NCBI GenBank assembly: GCA_950097015.1
Contig: CATNEN010000003.1
Location: 3,968,001 to 4,032,000 of the forward strand
Origin: Macrostomum hystrix
Lineage: Eukaryota; Animalia; Platyhelminthes
DNA length: 64,000 nt
Reading direction: 5' to 3'
Shown here: one piece after another, positions 52,698 through 64,000 of the stretch
Numbering within the stretch: position 1 is the stretch's first letter
Layout: the number at the start of each line of letters is the position of its first letter
The notes under the pieces: model-generated
The model's input: only the letters and a program-made list of their open reading frames with translations
The model's database searches: none
What the model was told of the DNA's origin: nothing
Program-made: the position numbers and the translations under genes

Positions 52698-53459
52698 CAG
52701 GGGTCGGCAAACTTATTAGCTAGCGGGCCAAATAGAGAACCTAAGAGACGACAGCGGGCCGCATTGACTGTAAAAATATGAGACAATGTAGAGATGAGAC
52801 ACGGGAGAGATGAGACACGGGAGAGATAAGAAGCGGGAGAGTTGAGACAGGGGAGAGATGAGACACGGGAGAGTTGAGACACGGGAGAGATGAGACACGG
52901 GAGAGATGAGACACGGGAGAGATGAGACACGGGAGAGATGAGACACGGGAGAGTTGAGACATGGGAGAGATGAGACACGGGAGAGATGAGACGCGGGAGA
53001 GTTCAGACAGGGGAGAGATGAGACGCGGGAGAGTTCAGACAGGGGAGAGATGAGACACGGGAGAGATGAGACACAGGAGAGATGAGACACAGGTGAGATG
53101 AGACAGGGAAGAGACGAGACACTGGAGAGATGAGACGGGAGAGATGAGACACGGGAGAGATGAGACACGGGAGAGATGAGACACGGGAGAGATGAGACAC
53201 GGGAGAGATGAGACACGGGAGAGATGAGACACGGGAGAGATGAGACACGGGAGAGATGAGACGCGGGAGAGTTCAGACAGGGGAGAGATGAGACACGGGA
53301 GAGAAAGGACACAGGGGACAGGGGAGCGATGAGACAGGGGAGAGATATTACAGGGGAGAGACGAGACAGGATACTGTAGATGTCGGAATGGGCAACGGAC
53401 CGGATTTGGGAGCTTCGAGGGCTGCATCTGGCCCGCGTGCCGGAGTTTGCCGACCCCTG
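52698..53459. mobile_element. hAT (Charlie-like) MITE nested in the P-element, carrying an 18-bp tandem array
   Basis: TIR CAGGGGTCGGCAAACT...AGTTTGCCGACCCCTG; 8-bp TSD TTGTAGAG/CTGTAGAG (7/8); internal array at 52790-53370. Confidence 0.92.
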
Positions 53460-53873
53460 CTGTAGAGAGAGCTTTTTAGTGTACAACGAAAGCTTTCTTT
53501 CCCTCGTGGAACAAAGACCCCAAGCCCCCAACTGGGGGACAGAAGGGAGAAGCATTGCCCCTTGTGGTATAGGGTGGAAAATAAAATTATCTCTCCTTCC
53601 AGTCCAGTTGCTTATAATTCCGGGGTCCGCGGAGTGAGTGTACATACATAGGGCTGCATGTACATTGGCTTGAATATATTCATTTCAACAAGCAGAGGGT
53701 TGTTCCGCTTCATTTCAACTTTCATCTCTCAACCCAACCCCCTTCCTCACTGAACTCTATGACTCAGCCACTATGTTCTGTCCTTAAATATTTTCCTTGG
53801 CCTATTAACAGAAAACACACGTTATCAGAACAGACGGACCCTCCTATTAACTTTTGAATTAGCATTTCGAAAT

Positions 53874-56800
53874 ATGAAATATATAAGACGAAAAGGCCAT
53901 CAATTAGAAGGACAAATGCTACAAATTTGGCTAATTGGATTCTCCTTCTTCAGGTAAGAATAAGATTGGAAAAATATTATAAGCCTTCTGACTGACAGTA
54001 GATTTGTTCTATATATTTAGTAGTCACTCTAAATTAATTGGCAGACAATGAGAAAAGAGCATAATGAAAATTAAGGTTAGTATGGTAAAATAAAACTTCG
54101 TGTATCAGGAAATGGACTAGCATACATAGTAGACAGGATGCAACCTTTCATCTTCAATCTCATTTATTTGATGCTAATATGATATGATGAATGGTCATTG
54201 GTCATTATTGACAATAAGAATGTGAATGATACTTTAACAACCAGAAAACTAACCACATTAGGGGAACGAGTCCCCATCACAAATTGTGATCCTCAAGACT
54301 GCGGTAAACAAGGGATTCGACTTTGAAGTTGAAACTCGTGCTTTGCAGAGCAGAAGTTCATCTTTCTTATTCTTTCAGTCAATGCTGCTAGGCATTTAGC
54401 AGTCAGCAATTAATTAACTACAGTTACGTGTCTTCCACAGTTACTACACAGTGACGGTTGACACCAGTCACAACAGTCAGTTGTCGCAGCAGTCAGTTGT
54501 CGCAGCAGTCGTCACAGCAGTCAGTTGTCACAGCAGTCAGTTGTCACAGCAGTCAGTTGTCACAGCAGTCAGTTGTCGCAGGAGTCAGTTGTCACAGCAG
54601 TCAGTTGTCGCAGGAGTCAGTTGTCACAGCAGTCAGTTGTCACAGCAGTCAGTTGTCACAGCAGTCAGTTGTCACAGCAGTCAGTTGTCACAGCAGTCAG
54701 TTGTCACAGCAGTCAGTTGTCGCAGGAGTCAGTTGTCACAGCAGTCAGTTGTCACAGCAGTCAGTTGTCACAGCAGTCAGTTGTCGCAGCAGTCAGTTGT
54801 CACAGCAGTCAGTTGTCGTAGCAGCCAGTTGTCACAGCAGTCAGTTTTCACAGCAGTCAGTTGTCACAGCAGTCAGTTGTCGCAGCAGTCAGAAGGCACT
54901 TGTCGTTGAACCCTAGCCCTCGTCACTTGGACGAGGGCGAGGCGACGAGGCCATAATAATAGTATACGCTCGTACAAGTGCACTTAAGCAATGGGCAGGG
55001 GACACACAATAAGGACATGAAAAACAAGAAAAAAACTACTATGATTTGAACGGAAGGCGATGCAATGTCAAGATTTAGGATGGAATGACACAGTGTCCAG
55101 TTTTTATTGAATGTTGCACTGGATAAATTAAACTGTTAAATAGCTTCAACAAATATTTTAATGCTGAGCAAGCAAGAAGTAGAAACCTAAAAATGCTTAA
55201 ATTGTTCGAGAAAAAACATTTTGAACAAAATCGAAGGCTTTTCGGTTCTTAGTTTAATCCCGGTATTGGGTCCGTTTTTTGTCCCCGACCCCGGGATTTG
55301 GGAAGCCCTAAAGACAATAATTACGGCCGAGGCATGTAGCTTCGGCAACATGTTTTGTTAGGTAAACGGCGAGATTAAATATGCCATCCAGAGCCCGAAT
55401 CGCCACGTCGTGTAATTTTGTTAAAAGCGATTCGATGGTCTGTCCCATCTTCGTATCATTTTTTTCTCCACAGATTTTTTTCACTTAAATTATTCTGTTT
55501 TTTAACATCTCTGAAAAGTTTCAGAATCGAGGCGGCGAACCACTACTGCATCCACGACAGCATGAAGGTCTTCTCCATAAACGCTGACTCGGACCAGACT
55601 GAGACACTGTTCACGAGCCACGGAGATATGGAGGCCCACGTGCCGCGGCAGCGCTGCTTGTGGGACGTGAAGATCAACCGCATGACGGAGCCGCTGCAGC
55701 TGGTGCTGAGTCTGCGCCGAGGCCGACTGTGGCAGGAGGCAGCGAACGGGACCGGCTGCCCGTCGGAGCTGAGTGTGGCTCTGCAGGGTGAGCGGACTGT
55801 TGCAGGACTGTGTCCTTCAACATTGAACTGCGTTTGCCTCTCGCGCCAAGGTCCCTAAGCTCGATTCCGCGGCGATGCCGCATTGCCATTTATTTGAGGC
55901 GCAATTTGTCGTGCAATTTACGCCCTTGAGGGCCAATTTCCATGGTACAGTGATAGTGTAGACTGCCTGACGATGAGAAAGTTACATTGTTTGCGCTGGG
56001 CCATTGTTAAGAAATTTATTTTTTCATTTTCTGCTTAGATTCAAAATACCTGTGGATCTGGAAAAATGGACTCGATCTACCCAAGGCTCCACTGATTGTG
56101 GCCGTAATGAACAGGTAAATGCAAGTCTTAAACCAGCTGTAGCCAGAGGTGTTGATAGCGATGACTTTTTCTAGTCTAAAAAATCTGCATCATTGGCGAT
56201 TGAACTGCCCTCAGCTCGCAGCAGCTCATCGTCAGGTTCTCGACCGGAGATCTCCAGTCTGAGGCGGTCTGCGGTCGCATCGAGCTGACCATCGGCGTCG
56301 CCAAGAAGGGATACTGCGGCAGGAACATGCTGCTGCATGGACATCGCTGCCTCTTTGTCTCCGACGAGAAGCTGGAGCTGTCAGATCTGACAGGGACTGG
56401 CGCAGAGCTCGCTGGCATCTCCGGCATTGAGCAGCTGCGAGACCTTCTGAGCGACAGTGAGAGCTGAGTCGCAGCCTGTTTGTTCTTTCCTTCTGTCAGT
56501 TGAAAAGCCACATGTAGTCAATTTGCGACGCGATCATTTTAGATGAGAAACGGAGAGCAAAGCACCCGTACAAAGCCCCTCTGGACCTGACGGGCTCCAC
56601 CAGAGTGGGGATTTTCCGCTGCACTGGCTCTAACTGGACATTTTACCTGAACTCCAGCAGCGATGGATGTGCGGCGGCGCCGTTCGTTCAGGAAGGACAG
56701 GAAGGCCAGCAGAACTCCAGGTCTGTGAATATAGCACCGAGAGTCGCATTGCTGAGAAAGGGGAACTACCCCTTCCGCTTCTTATCTCCAGGACATATCC

Positions 56801-57657
56801 CTGTACAAGAGTGTGTAGAGAGAGTACAGATCGGTATGCTTAATTAGGTGCTCCATTTTCAGTTGTTTCCACGTTTCCACGTTATAATGATCCTCATTGA
56901 GACGTGCAGTTTAGGCGTGTACTTTAATACTTATTGTAATAAGTTTTCTTCTGAATACTTCGTGCGTGTGAAGCCACTCGCAAGGTTGGGTGTGGCGTCC
57001 TCCCTGTCCATGGACAGAACAGCCGTACGCAGCTTTCAGATGCGCCGCGTAACGGCTGCTTCTGTGCTTTTGGCTGCACATCTGGCCCAATTGGGGCTGG
57101 TTTAATGAATTATTATTATGCAAATAATTAAAAAAGTATTTAAATGGCTGCGTACAACTGTTCAGTCCGCGGACTGGGGGCCACCATTTACAGCACGATG
57201 TGTCGATTTGTAACGAGAAAAATATGATTCGACAAAAACAGATTTAAAAGAAAAATTCAAGTTAAAAATCAGAAAATGTAGACGCGTAAGAGAAACAACT
57301 GAATTAAAGAATTCACCTTTATACAGTCGCGAGTCGACCAGTTGGACTATACAATGCGCCTCTATTCAAGCCACCATCCGAAGCACCCAAATCTCAACCA
57401 TTGAATATGACAACTGCAGCCAGCCTCTGCCGTATCTGCTCAGCTTCCCAATCAATCCGGCAGTCCAGCTAGGAGACAACACGAGAAACAAGTCATGCAA
57501 CGTTATCGACTCTGATATTTGCAATCTAAAGCGAACTAACGTGCAACAGCGCCTCAGCACATCTGGAACTAGTTGTCCCCGAGTTGCAGTTCTCATGGTT
57601 TTGGCTGGTCACTTAATGGCAATGGCTGCTTTTTGTCTGATTAACATTCATTTTTAG
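53874..57657 (+). CDS. Predicted GPI-anchored CUB + C-type-lectin-like protein, 389 aa (exons 53874-53953, 55525-55787, 56039-56114, 56215-56456, 56543-56720, 57327-57657)
   Basis: All GT-AG introns are phase-consistent (1170 nt). CUB-like C...FTS...RCLWDVKI...C...SSQQLIVRFST; CTLD-like CGRNMLLHGHRCLFVS...AELAGI...QCASI...YDNCSQPLPYL; hydrophobic C-terminal tail after STSG. Exon 1 is the least certain, but it is conserved with its donor in the paralog. Confidence 0.8.
54465..54891. repeat. 16-bp minisatellite in intron 1 of the CUB-CTL gene
   Basis: Unit GTCAGTTGTC(A/G)CAGCA. Confidence 0.95.
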
Positions 57658-57857
57658 CACAGAAATGCATTGTTAACTATTGGTGCAATGTCTTTGGATT
57701 TACCAATAATATTGCTCATATTTTTTGTTCAAATTGTTCGTTGCGAAAGTGCTGCCAATATTTTCATCCAGTCATTTACTAAATTACTATTTGCCAAATT
57801 GTCCTAAAATGTTAATTTTATCACTCAGTAAATTTTTATTAGGCAGCCGCATATGAA

Positions 57858-58735
57858 GATCTAGAGGCAGCTGTATCTAAACATCTAGAGGCAGCTGTAA
57901 CTAAACATCTAGAGGCAGCTGTATCTAAACATCAATAGGCAGCTGTATCTAAACATCTAGAGGCAGCTGTATCGAAACATCAAAAAGCAGCTGTATGTAA
58001 ACATCAAGAGGCAGCTGTATGTAAACATCTAGAGGCAGCTGTGTCTAAACATCTAGAAGCAGCTGTATGTAAACATCAAGAGGCAGCTGTATGTAAACAT
58101 CTAGAGGCAGCTGTATGTAAACATCTAGAGGCAGCTGTATCATAACATCTAGAGGCAGCTGTATCTGTATCTAAACATCGAGAGGCAGCTAAACCTACAA
58201 TTCTAGATCGAGGCTGCTAAATGTACACATCTAGAGGCTGCTAAATATACAAATCTAGAGGCAGCTAAACCTACACATCTAGATCGAGGCTGCTAAATCT
58301 ACAAATCTAGAGGCAGCTGTGTCTCAAAATCTTCAAATTTTAAGGCATTTGTGTCTATACAGCTAGAAGCAGCTGTATAAGAAAATCCAAGACAGCGTTT
58401 TTAGAATATTTTGAGAGACTTTTTGAGGATCTAGAGGGACTATTTGAGGATCTAGAGGGACTATTTGAGGATCTAGAGGGACTATTTGAGGATCTAGAGG
58501 GACTATTTGAGGATCGAGAGGGACTATTTGAGGATCTAGAGAGCTATTTGAAGATCTAGAGAGCTATTTGAGGATCTAGACTAGAGGGACTATTTGAGGA
58601 TCTAGAGGGACTATTTGAGGATCTAGAGGGACTATTTGAGGATCTAGATGGACTATTTGAGGATCTAGAGGGACTATTTGAGGATCTAGAGAGCTATTTG
58701 AGGATCTGGAGGGACTTTTTGAGGATCTAGAGGGA
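57858..58735. repeat. Two adjacent minisatellites (24-bp and 21-bp)
   Basis: ATCTAGAGGCAGCTGTATCTAAAC (57858-58320) and GAGGATCTAGAGGGACTATTT (58425-58735). Confidence 0.92.
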
Positions 58736-59089
58736 GCACCTCTTTAGAGGGAGTAATTGAAAATCTGGCTCGTATTAGGCTCGTATTATAATTATGAATT
58801 ATAAAATATCTATGCCTGGATGCCTGGAATAAAAAAAGCACGGAAAACATCTAGAAAAATATAAATTTTAAAACGCCACAGATACTACTCGTATAGCAAG
58901 TGTTTTTATATCTGTTCTAGAAACTGAACAGCCTAAAATAACATTTAGAGGTCGAGCGCAAAAGAAAAACGAAATCTTTAATTTTACACATTTTAAAGTA
59001 TTGGAAGAATATTCGAGTCTTTGACCTGTGCGTGTGCTATCCTTTGTGAATGTTCAAAATTCAATAACTAAGGCAATTTAAATGACTAG

Positions 59090-61865
59090 GCTAGTAATGA
59101 AGTCGGTGACTTATTACGGGATGAGTGAGCGGTGATGCATCTCAAAGTACTGATAAAGACTTATTAAAGACTCTGACTGACCCCTGCCCCTCCGTTCTCT
59201 CTCCCAGACCCGCCATAAATCTCTTGGCGTTCAGTGATTTCTCAAACTTTCAATAAATAGAGGGGGCGCAGTGTCTTTAATCATTGTAACACGCAATGCG
59301 GTGCGCGAAGCGCACTCGTGCTAAGACCGTTAAAGCACTCAGCGGCGATATATTAATCCTACATTCGTCCAACTTTCTTAATTATCAATCCCCGCTATAT
59401 GAAAGTCTAAATTTCTATCGTCTGCTAAAGTACGGCCCATTTAAATAAGCCATATACTCGTATTTTAACAACGCAAAGGAAAGGGACCCTCTGCACTGCA
59501 TGTGGAGAGAACTTAGATAAGAGTCAAGACTAATCTCAGCTGGGCCATGTACATTAGCCAAAAGGGGGGGGCTGGCCCGCTATAGCCCCCTTCAAGCCAC
59601 AGACACTCAGGCTAAGAGAACCCCCTCCCCCTCGATTTTTATCGATCGGGCAGCACGGCACAGCATTGAGGCTTTATGTACATTCAAGCCTCAATAGACA
59701 GCGTCCCCACAATAGGGATGCTAAAATACCGGACTTGCCCAAAACCGGGATCCCGGTATTCAATACCGGAATTTCGCCAATGCCGAAATACCGAATAATG
59801 CCGAAATAATGGCCCAAAACCGGTATTTTTCGAAACCGGGATCCCGGTATTAGCATCTCTAATTATCATAATTTTGGACCAATACCGGACCAATACCGGA
59901 GCAATACCGGACCGTAATACCGGTATTGGTAGTACCAAAAAATGGCCCAAAACCGGTATTTTTCGAAACCGGGATCCCGTTATTAGCATCTCTACTTACA
60001 TGCGATTACTTAACCATTTTAGCACAATTTTCACTCAAGGTTGCATTATTTATGTCGATGAAAAAATCACGTTTTATAAATGAAAATCAATACTGTACAT
60101 CTGAAATGTGATGCACAGCTTCAAGTGACATGTCATTGTCTTGGAAACATCTAGAGTCCTAGACGCATCTATTGAAACCATTTTCAATGACATTGGGGCA
60201 AAGAACAACATTTTATTAGAGTAAACTCGAAAATGCAGCTTCTCTTAAAAGTACTGCATTGTGTACTGACGCTCAATCAATGTTCACAGGCAGGCATGGA
60301 TGCTGTCCTTTTGAAGAGGGCTCTAAATGCTATCCAACGACACCAAACTTGATTCGAGAAATTGCACTACTAAAATCTTATGAGAAATTGGCATAGGGTG
60401 TCAAAATTGCTGCAATGTGCCTTCCATTTCGAAAAATAGAATTTTCCAACACTAATGCTGCTGCTCATCGGATGCAGCATAGTATTGAGTACATTTCGTC
60501 TCTGTACATAAAAATTCGCAAGACCGTTTTTACAAAATTTACCTTTAAAGGTTCGAAAAATTGCATGATTTATTCAATTTCTACGAAAACAATAAGTTTT
60601 CCAACTGCAAATCAAGATTTAGCATCTTGAATGTGACGCTGACTTTAAGTTGGCATGTCATTCTCTTTCAAACATCCACATGCGTCTATTGACACCATTT
60701 TGAGCTCAATGCGACAAAGTGCACTATCGAAGAGGCAGAAATGGCAACCTTTTTCTCTCATACGTACACCTGTACAGGTACATATTTTAGTACAGATGGC
60801 TAACTACTGAATGTGTGTACACGAGTCTAGTATCAAATGAAAGAGGGTCCTAAATGCAATTCATCAACGCTAAGCGCAACACCAACGGATGCAGCAATAA
60901 AAAGTTATGACTGATCCCGTTTTGCATGTTTTAGTCCCCCCGGGGGGTCAAAATTTGGGATTTTAGCATCCACCTTCGGGGCATGTGGACGCTTAGAAAA
61001 TTCAAAATATAAATTTTGTGCGCACATCTGTTGCGCTTCTAGAAACTGAAGCCGCATTTGAATCGCACACCAAATACGTTCTGGCCATGCAGTTTTGTAC
61101 CTCAAAAAATGACTAAAATGACCAAAATCTAGTTTTTGGGATTTAATTAACCACATCTTCGGTAAACAACATCCAATCAGTCTGGAACCAACATTTTCTT
61201 ATAGGCGACACCCAAGAAAGTTGGTTGACATGTGTTGAAATGCAATTCAAGTCACATGTCTGTGTATTAGAGGCGTCTAAAGTGCACCCTGTACTAAAAG
61301 TACTTTAAAAGTGCACATTTTTTTCAATCACAAAAGTACACGGTCAAAAAATTTCTACACCACCAAGTAGGCCCATGTGTTGGGGTTACGACCTAGCAAG
61401 TCAAAGTTAAAAAACATGCACATGTTTTCAACCTCAAAAACCCGTTTTTTGACCCTTTGACCCAGAAGATGGGTCAGCAAGAAAAAATCCATATCAAGTC
61501 ATTGTAGGCTTCTATAGCCCGCATCGACTGGATAGAGTCACTTGGCGACACCAAAAAATGCCGAGAAAAGCGCCGAGAGACCAATTTTTGTTATGTCCAA
61601 AAAAATAATGTTTTTGGTCGCCATGGCAACGCTTTTCACTTCAGTACATAGACTAAAGTCTTTTACATGTTTTGCAAAAAACCGCATCCAGATCGGTTCA
61701 ACTGGGCAAAAGCGGCAATCGTTAAAAGTTAAAAAAGTGCTTTCCTATCCCGACACGTTGGTTACATCTTATCAAGATGAGATATCGCATCCGTAATGAC
61801 CAAGAGAAAGCCTCGCTTACGCTCGGCTTCCTCTTGGCCATTACTGGCTCACTCATCCCAACTAC
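59090..61865. mobile_element. 2.8-kb non-coding insertion, Helentron/HINE-like (classification tentative)
   Basis: Absent from the paralogous site at 49206-49220; subterminal IR GGGATGAGTGAGC (59118-59130 / 61847-61859); hairpins at 59094-59117, ~59303-59317 and 61793-61844; no clean TSD. Confidence 0.75.
59713..59994. mobile_element. hAT-like MITE with a duplicated right end, nested in the 2.8-kb insertion
   Basis: TAGGGATGCTAA...TTAGCATCTCTA termini (right end present twice) and many ATACCG subterminal motifs; no matching TSD found. Confidence 0.6.
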
Positions 61866-62165
61866 GTGCCTGCTGTTACTGTTTTGTTTGTTCATGCTTA
61901 ATGCTTGTTGTTTTTCAATTCAATGGTTTTGGCCATAGACAGATTGACGTGGCATGTACTATAGTTGGCTCCAATTCTAACTCTATGGTTTTGGCCATAG
62001 AGAGATGCCGTGGCATGACTAGGTTGGATCAAACTCTGACTTTACATATACTCAGACGTTACGAACTCTCATATTAACTTTCGAATCGCATTGATAGTTT
62101 ATGCATTGCTCTGTCTCTCATAGCGATTATCCAGCGATAACTTGTCGAATTTAGAATTTCAAAGC

Positions 62166-63999
62166 ATGGAAAATATAATACGAAAAGGTCATCAATTAGA
62201 AGGACAAATACTACTAATTTGCTTCGTTGGCCTCGCCTTCTTCTGGTAAGAAAATAGTTTGGACATTTGTTTTCAACTTCTCTTTCAAACTAAGTAACTT
62301 CAATTTCGTCTGCGAGACCGGCCTGCCCAAGTTATAGCAAATCAATTTCACAAAATGAAACTTCTTTTTTGTCTTGCATTATATTCACCCGGCTTCAAAC
62401 ATTATTATATGCCATGATGGGCCTGTACTTTCAATATATATTTTGGACGTCTCAGGCAAGACACCCAAGTGGGAGACAAACAACAAAAGTAGCGCGTATT
62501 GTCACTCCAATAAGATTGGAGCTTCAAGAGCGGCTGGATGTGAAAGTTTCTGCGCAATCCAATTACGAGTAGCTGTATTTTTTATTGTGATTCTGTGCTA
62601 TAGGGTCATAAATGCACAGGGCTTTAAATCTCTCGACACTCGACAGAATTATTATAATTGCATTGCGGCGGAGTCAGTGGCGGCGTCGGCGAAGATCAAG
62701 GGCAAGGATAAAATCCGTATTTGTCAAAGCGGACCAAACACAAATAGCTGTGCTGAAGAGACGAAACACAAGTTACTAACGCCAGCCGGAAAGCCACCGG
62801 GCGAAATTGAAGTTACTAAGTTTGAATTAGAAGTTGAAAACCAAAATTTTAAGCACTCTGACTAAGAGACTAGATTTGTTATTATTTATTTAGCAGTCGC
62901 TCTCTAAATTTAAACTGTTTAACAGGATGCAAACTTTCATCTGTAATCTCCTACTTTAGGTTTAGGTTCATTCACTCGCTTACTGCAGTGTGTACTTTGA
63001 TTTATTTGATGCTAAAATGAAGGACTAAATGAATGGTCATTATTGACAATAAGAATGTGAATTAGACTTTAACAACCAGAAAACTAACCATAGTTAGAGG
63101 AAGGGGTCCCCATCACAAATTGTGATCCTCAAGACTGCGGTAAACATGGTATTAAACTTTGAAGTTGAAACTCGTGCTTTGCAGAGCAGAAGTTCATCTT
63201 TCTTCTTCTTTCAGTCAATGCTGCTAGCCATTTAGCAGTCAGCAATTAATTAACTACAGTTACGTGTCTTCCACAGAGTACCACCACCCCCTGTGCATTA
63301 CAGCTTTGATTAAATTTTCTTACACTATTAAGTCAGTCGCCAAATGAAGTGCGCGCTTGTGCCTTAGCGAGTAAATAGTGCGCTCTTGCGCATATGTCTG
63401 ACAGCGCGCTTATGCCACAGCGTGTCAAAAGTGCGCGCCTCTGCCAGTGCGCGCATGTGCCGCTGCGCGCTTATGAAGCGTTAATCCCGGTATTGGGTCA
63501 GTTTTTTTACCCCGATCCCGGGATTTGGGAAGCCCTAAAGACAATAATTACGACCGAGGCATGTAGCTTCGGCCACATGTTTTGTTAGGCAAGCGGCGAG
63601 ATTAAATATGCCATCCAGAGCCCGATTTGCCACGTAGCGTAATTTTATTAAAAGCGAATAGATGGTCTGTCCTATCTTCGTATCATTTTTTCTCCCCAGA
63701 TTTTTTCTGTTTTTTAACATCTCTGAAAAGTTTTAGAATCGAGGCGGCGAACCACTACTGCATCCACGACAGCATGAAGGTCTTCTCCATGAACGCTGAC
63801 TCGGACCAGACAGAGACACTGTTGACGAGCCACGGAGATATGGAGCTCCACGTGCCGCGGCAGCGCTGCTTGTGGGACGTGAATATCAACCGCATGACGG
63901 AGCCGCTGCAGCTGGTGCTGAGTCTGCGCCGAGGCCGACTGTGGCAGGAGGCAGCGAACGCGACCGGCTGCCCGTCGGAGCTGAGTGTGGCTCTGCAGG
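62166..63999 (+). CDS. Tandem paralog of the CUB-CTL gene, partial (exons 62166-62245, 63737-63999; continues beyond the window); possibly a pseudogene
   Basis: 63737-63999 is nearly identical to 55525-55787; exon 1 MENIIRKGHQLEGQILLICFVGLAFF ends TG|gtaaga, and direct splicing to A-ATC creates TGA. Confidence 0.7.
62269..62841. mobile_element. TIR MITE (~570 bp) in intron 1 of the paralog
   Basis: 40-bp TIRs, 37/40 match (62269-62308, 62802-62841); absent from the homologous intron at ~53970. Confidence 0.82.
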
Positions 64000-64000
64000 G

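Larger units (their letters stand above)
51241..53631 (-). mobile_element. Internally deleted P-element (THAP9-type) DNA transposon
   Basis: 37-bp TIRs with one mismatch (51241-51277, 53595-53631); exact 8-bp TSD GAGTGAGT (51233-51240, 53632-53639); THAP and P-transposase C-terminal relics inside. Confidence 0.93.

Noticed and set aside
54245-54302. Extra CUB-CTL exon (KLTTLGERVPITNCDPQDC)
   Set aside because: Its end phase is incompatible with exon 2, and the paralogous copy at ~63080 is frameshifted.

Overview
Eukaryotic (animal) genomic DNA, most likely a free-living flatworm such as Macrostomum; this is inferred from intron style, poly-Q/A tracts and extreme minisatellite load, and is not verified. 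Genes: the last two exons of a HAT-repeat gene (+), a U3 snoRNA gene (-, 9645-9860), a compact three-exon orphan secreted-protein gene (-, 12090-13170), a complete 14-exon CKAP5/XMAP215 gene (+, 18047-32476, 2131 aa, one GC-AG intron), an intronless 189-aa secreted-type ORF (-), a SKOR/Corl/Fussel gene (+, 46356-48189), and a six-exon signal-CUB-C-type-lectin-GPI gene (+, 53874-57657) with a tandem paralog running off the window end. Mobile DNA: an internally deleted P-element (37-bp TIRs, 8-bp TSD) with a nested hAT MITE, a 2.8-kb Helentron-like insertion whose empty site is visible in a paralogous segment, a TIR MITE and at least three tRNA-derived SINE families. About 20 unrelated minisatellite arrays generate most of the long repetitive ORFs in the track, which are artefacts. 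Most unusual observations: a SINE insertion that carried a copy of the host gene's own exon 2 splice donor into a GC-AG intron bracketed by inverted SINEs; GC-skew polarity of the minisatellites that flips inside CKAP5; a CCAAT/GC-box minisatellite upstream of a TATA/Inr core promoter; and an eh1-like motif at the SKOR C-terminus. I cannot demonstrate a wholly new biological system from sequence alone.
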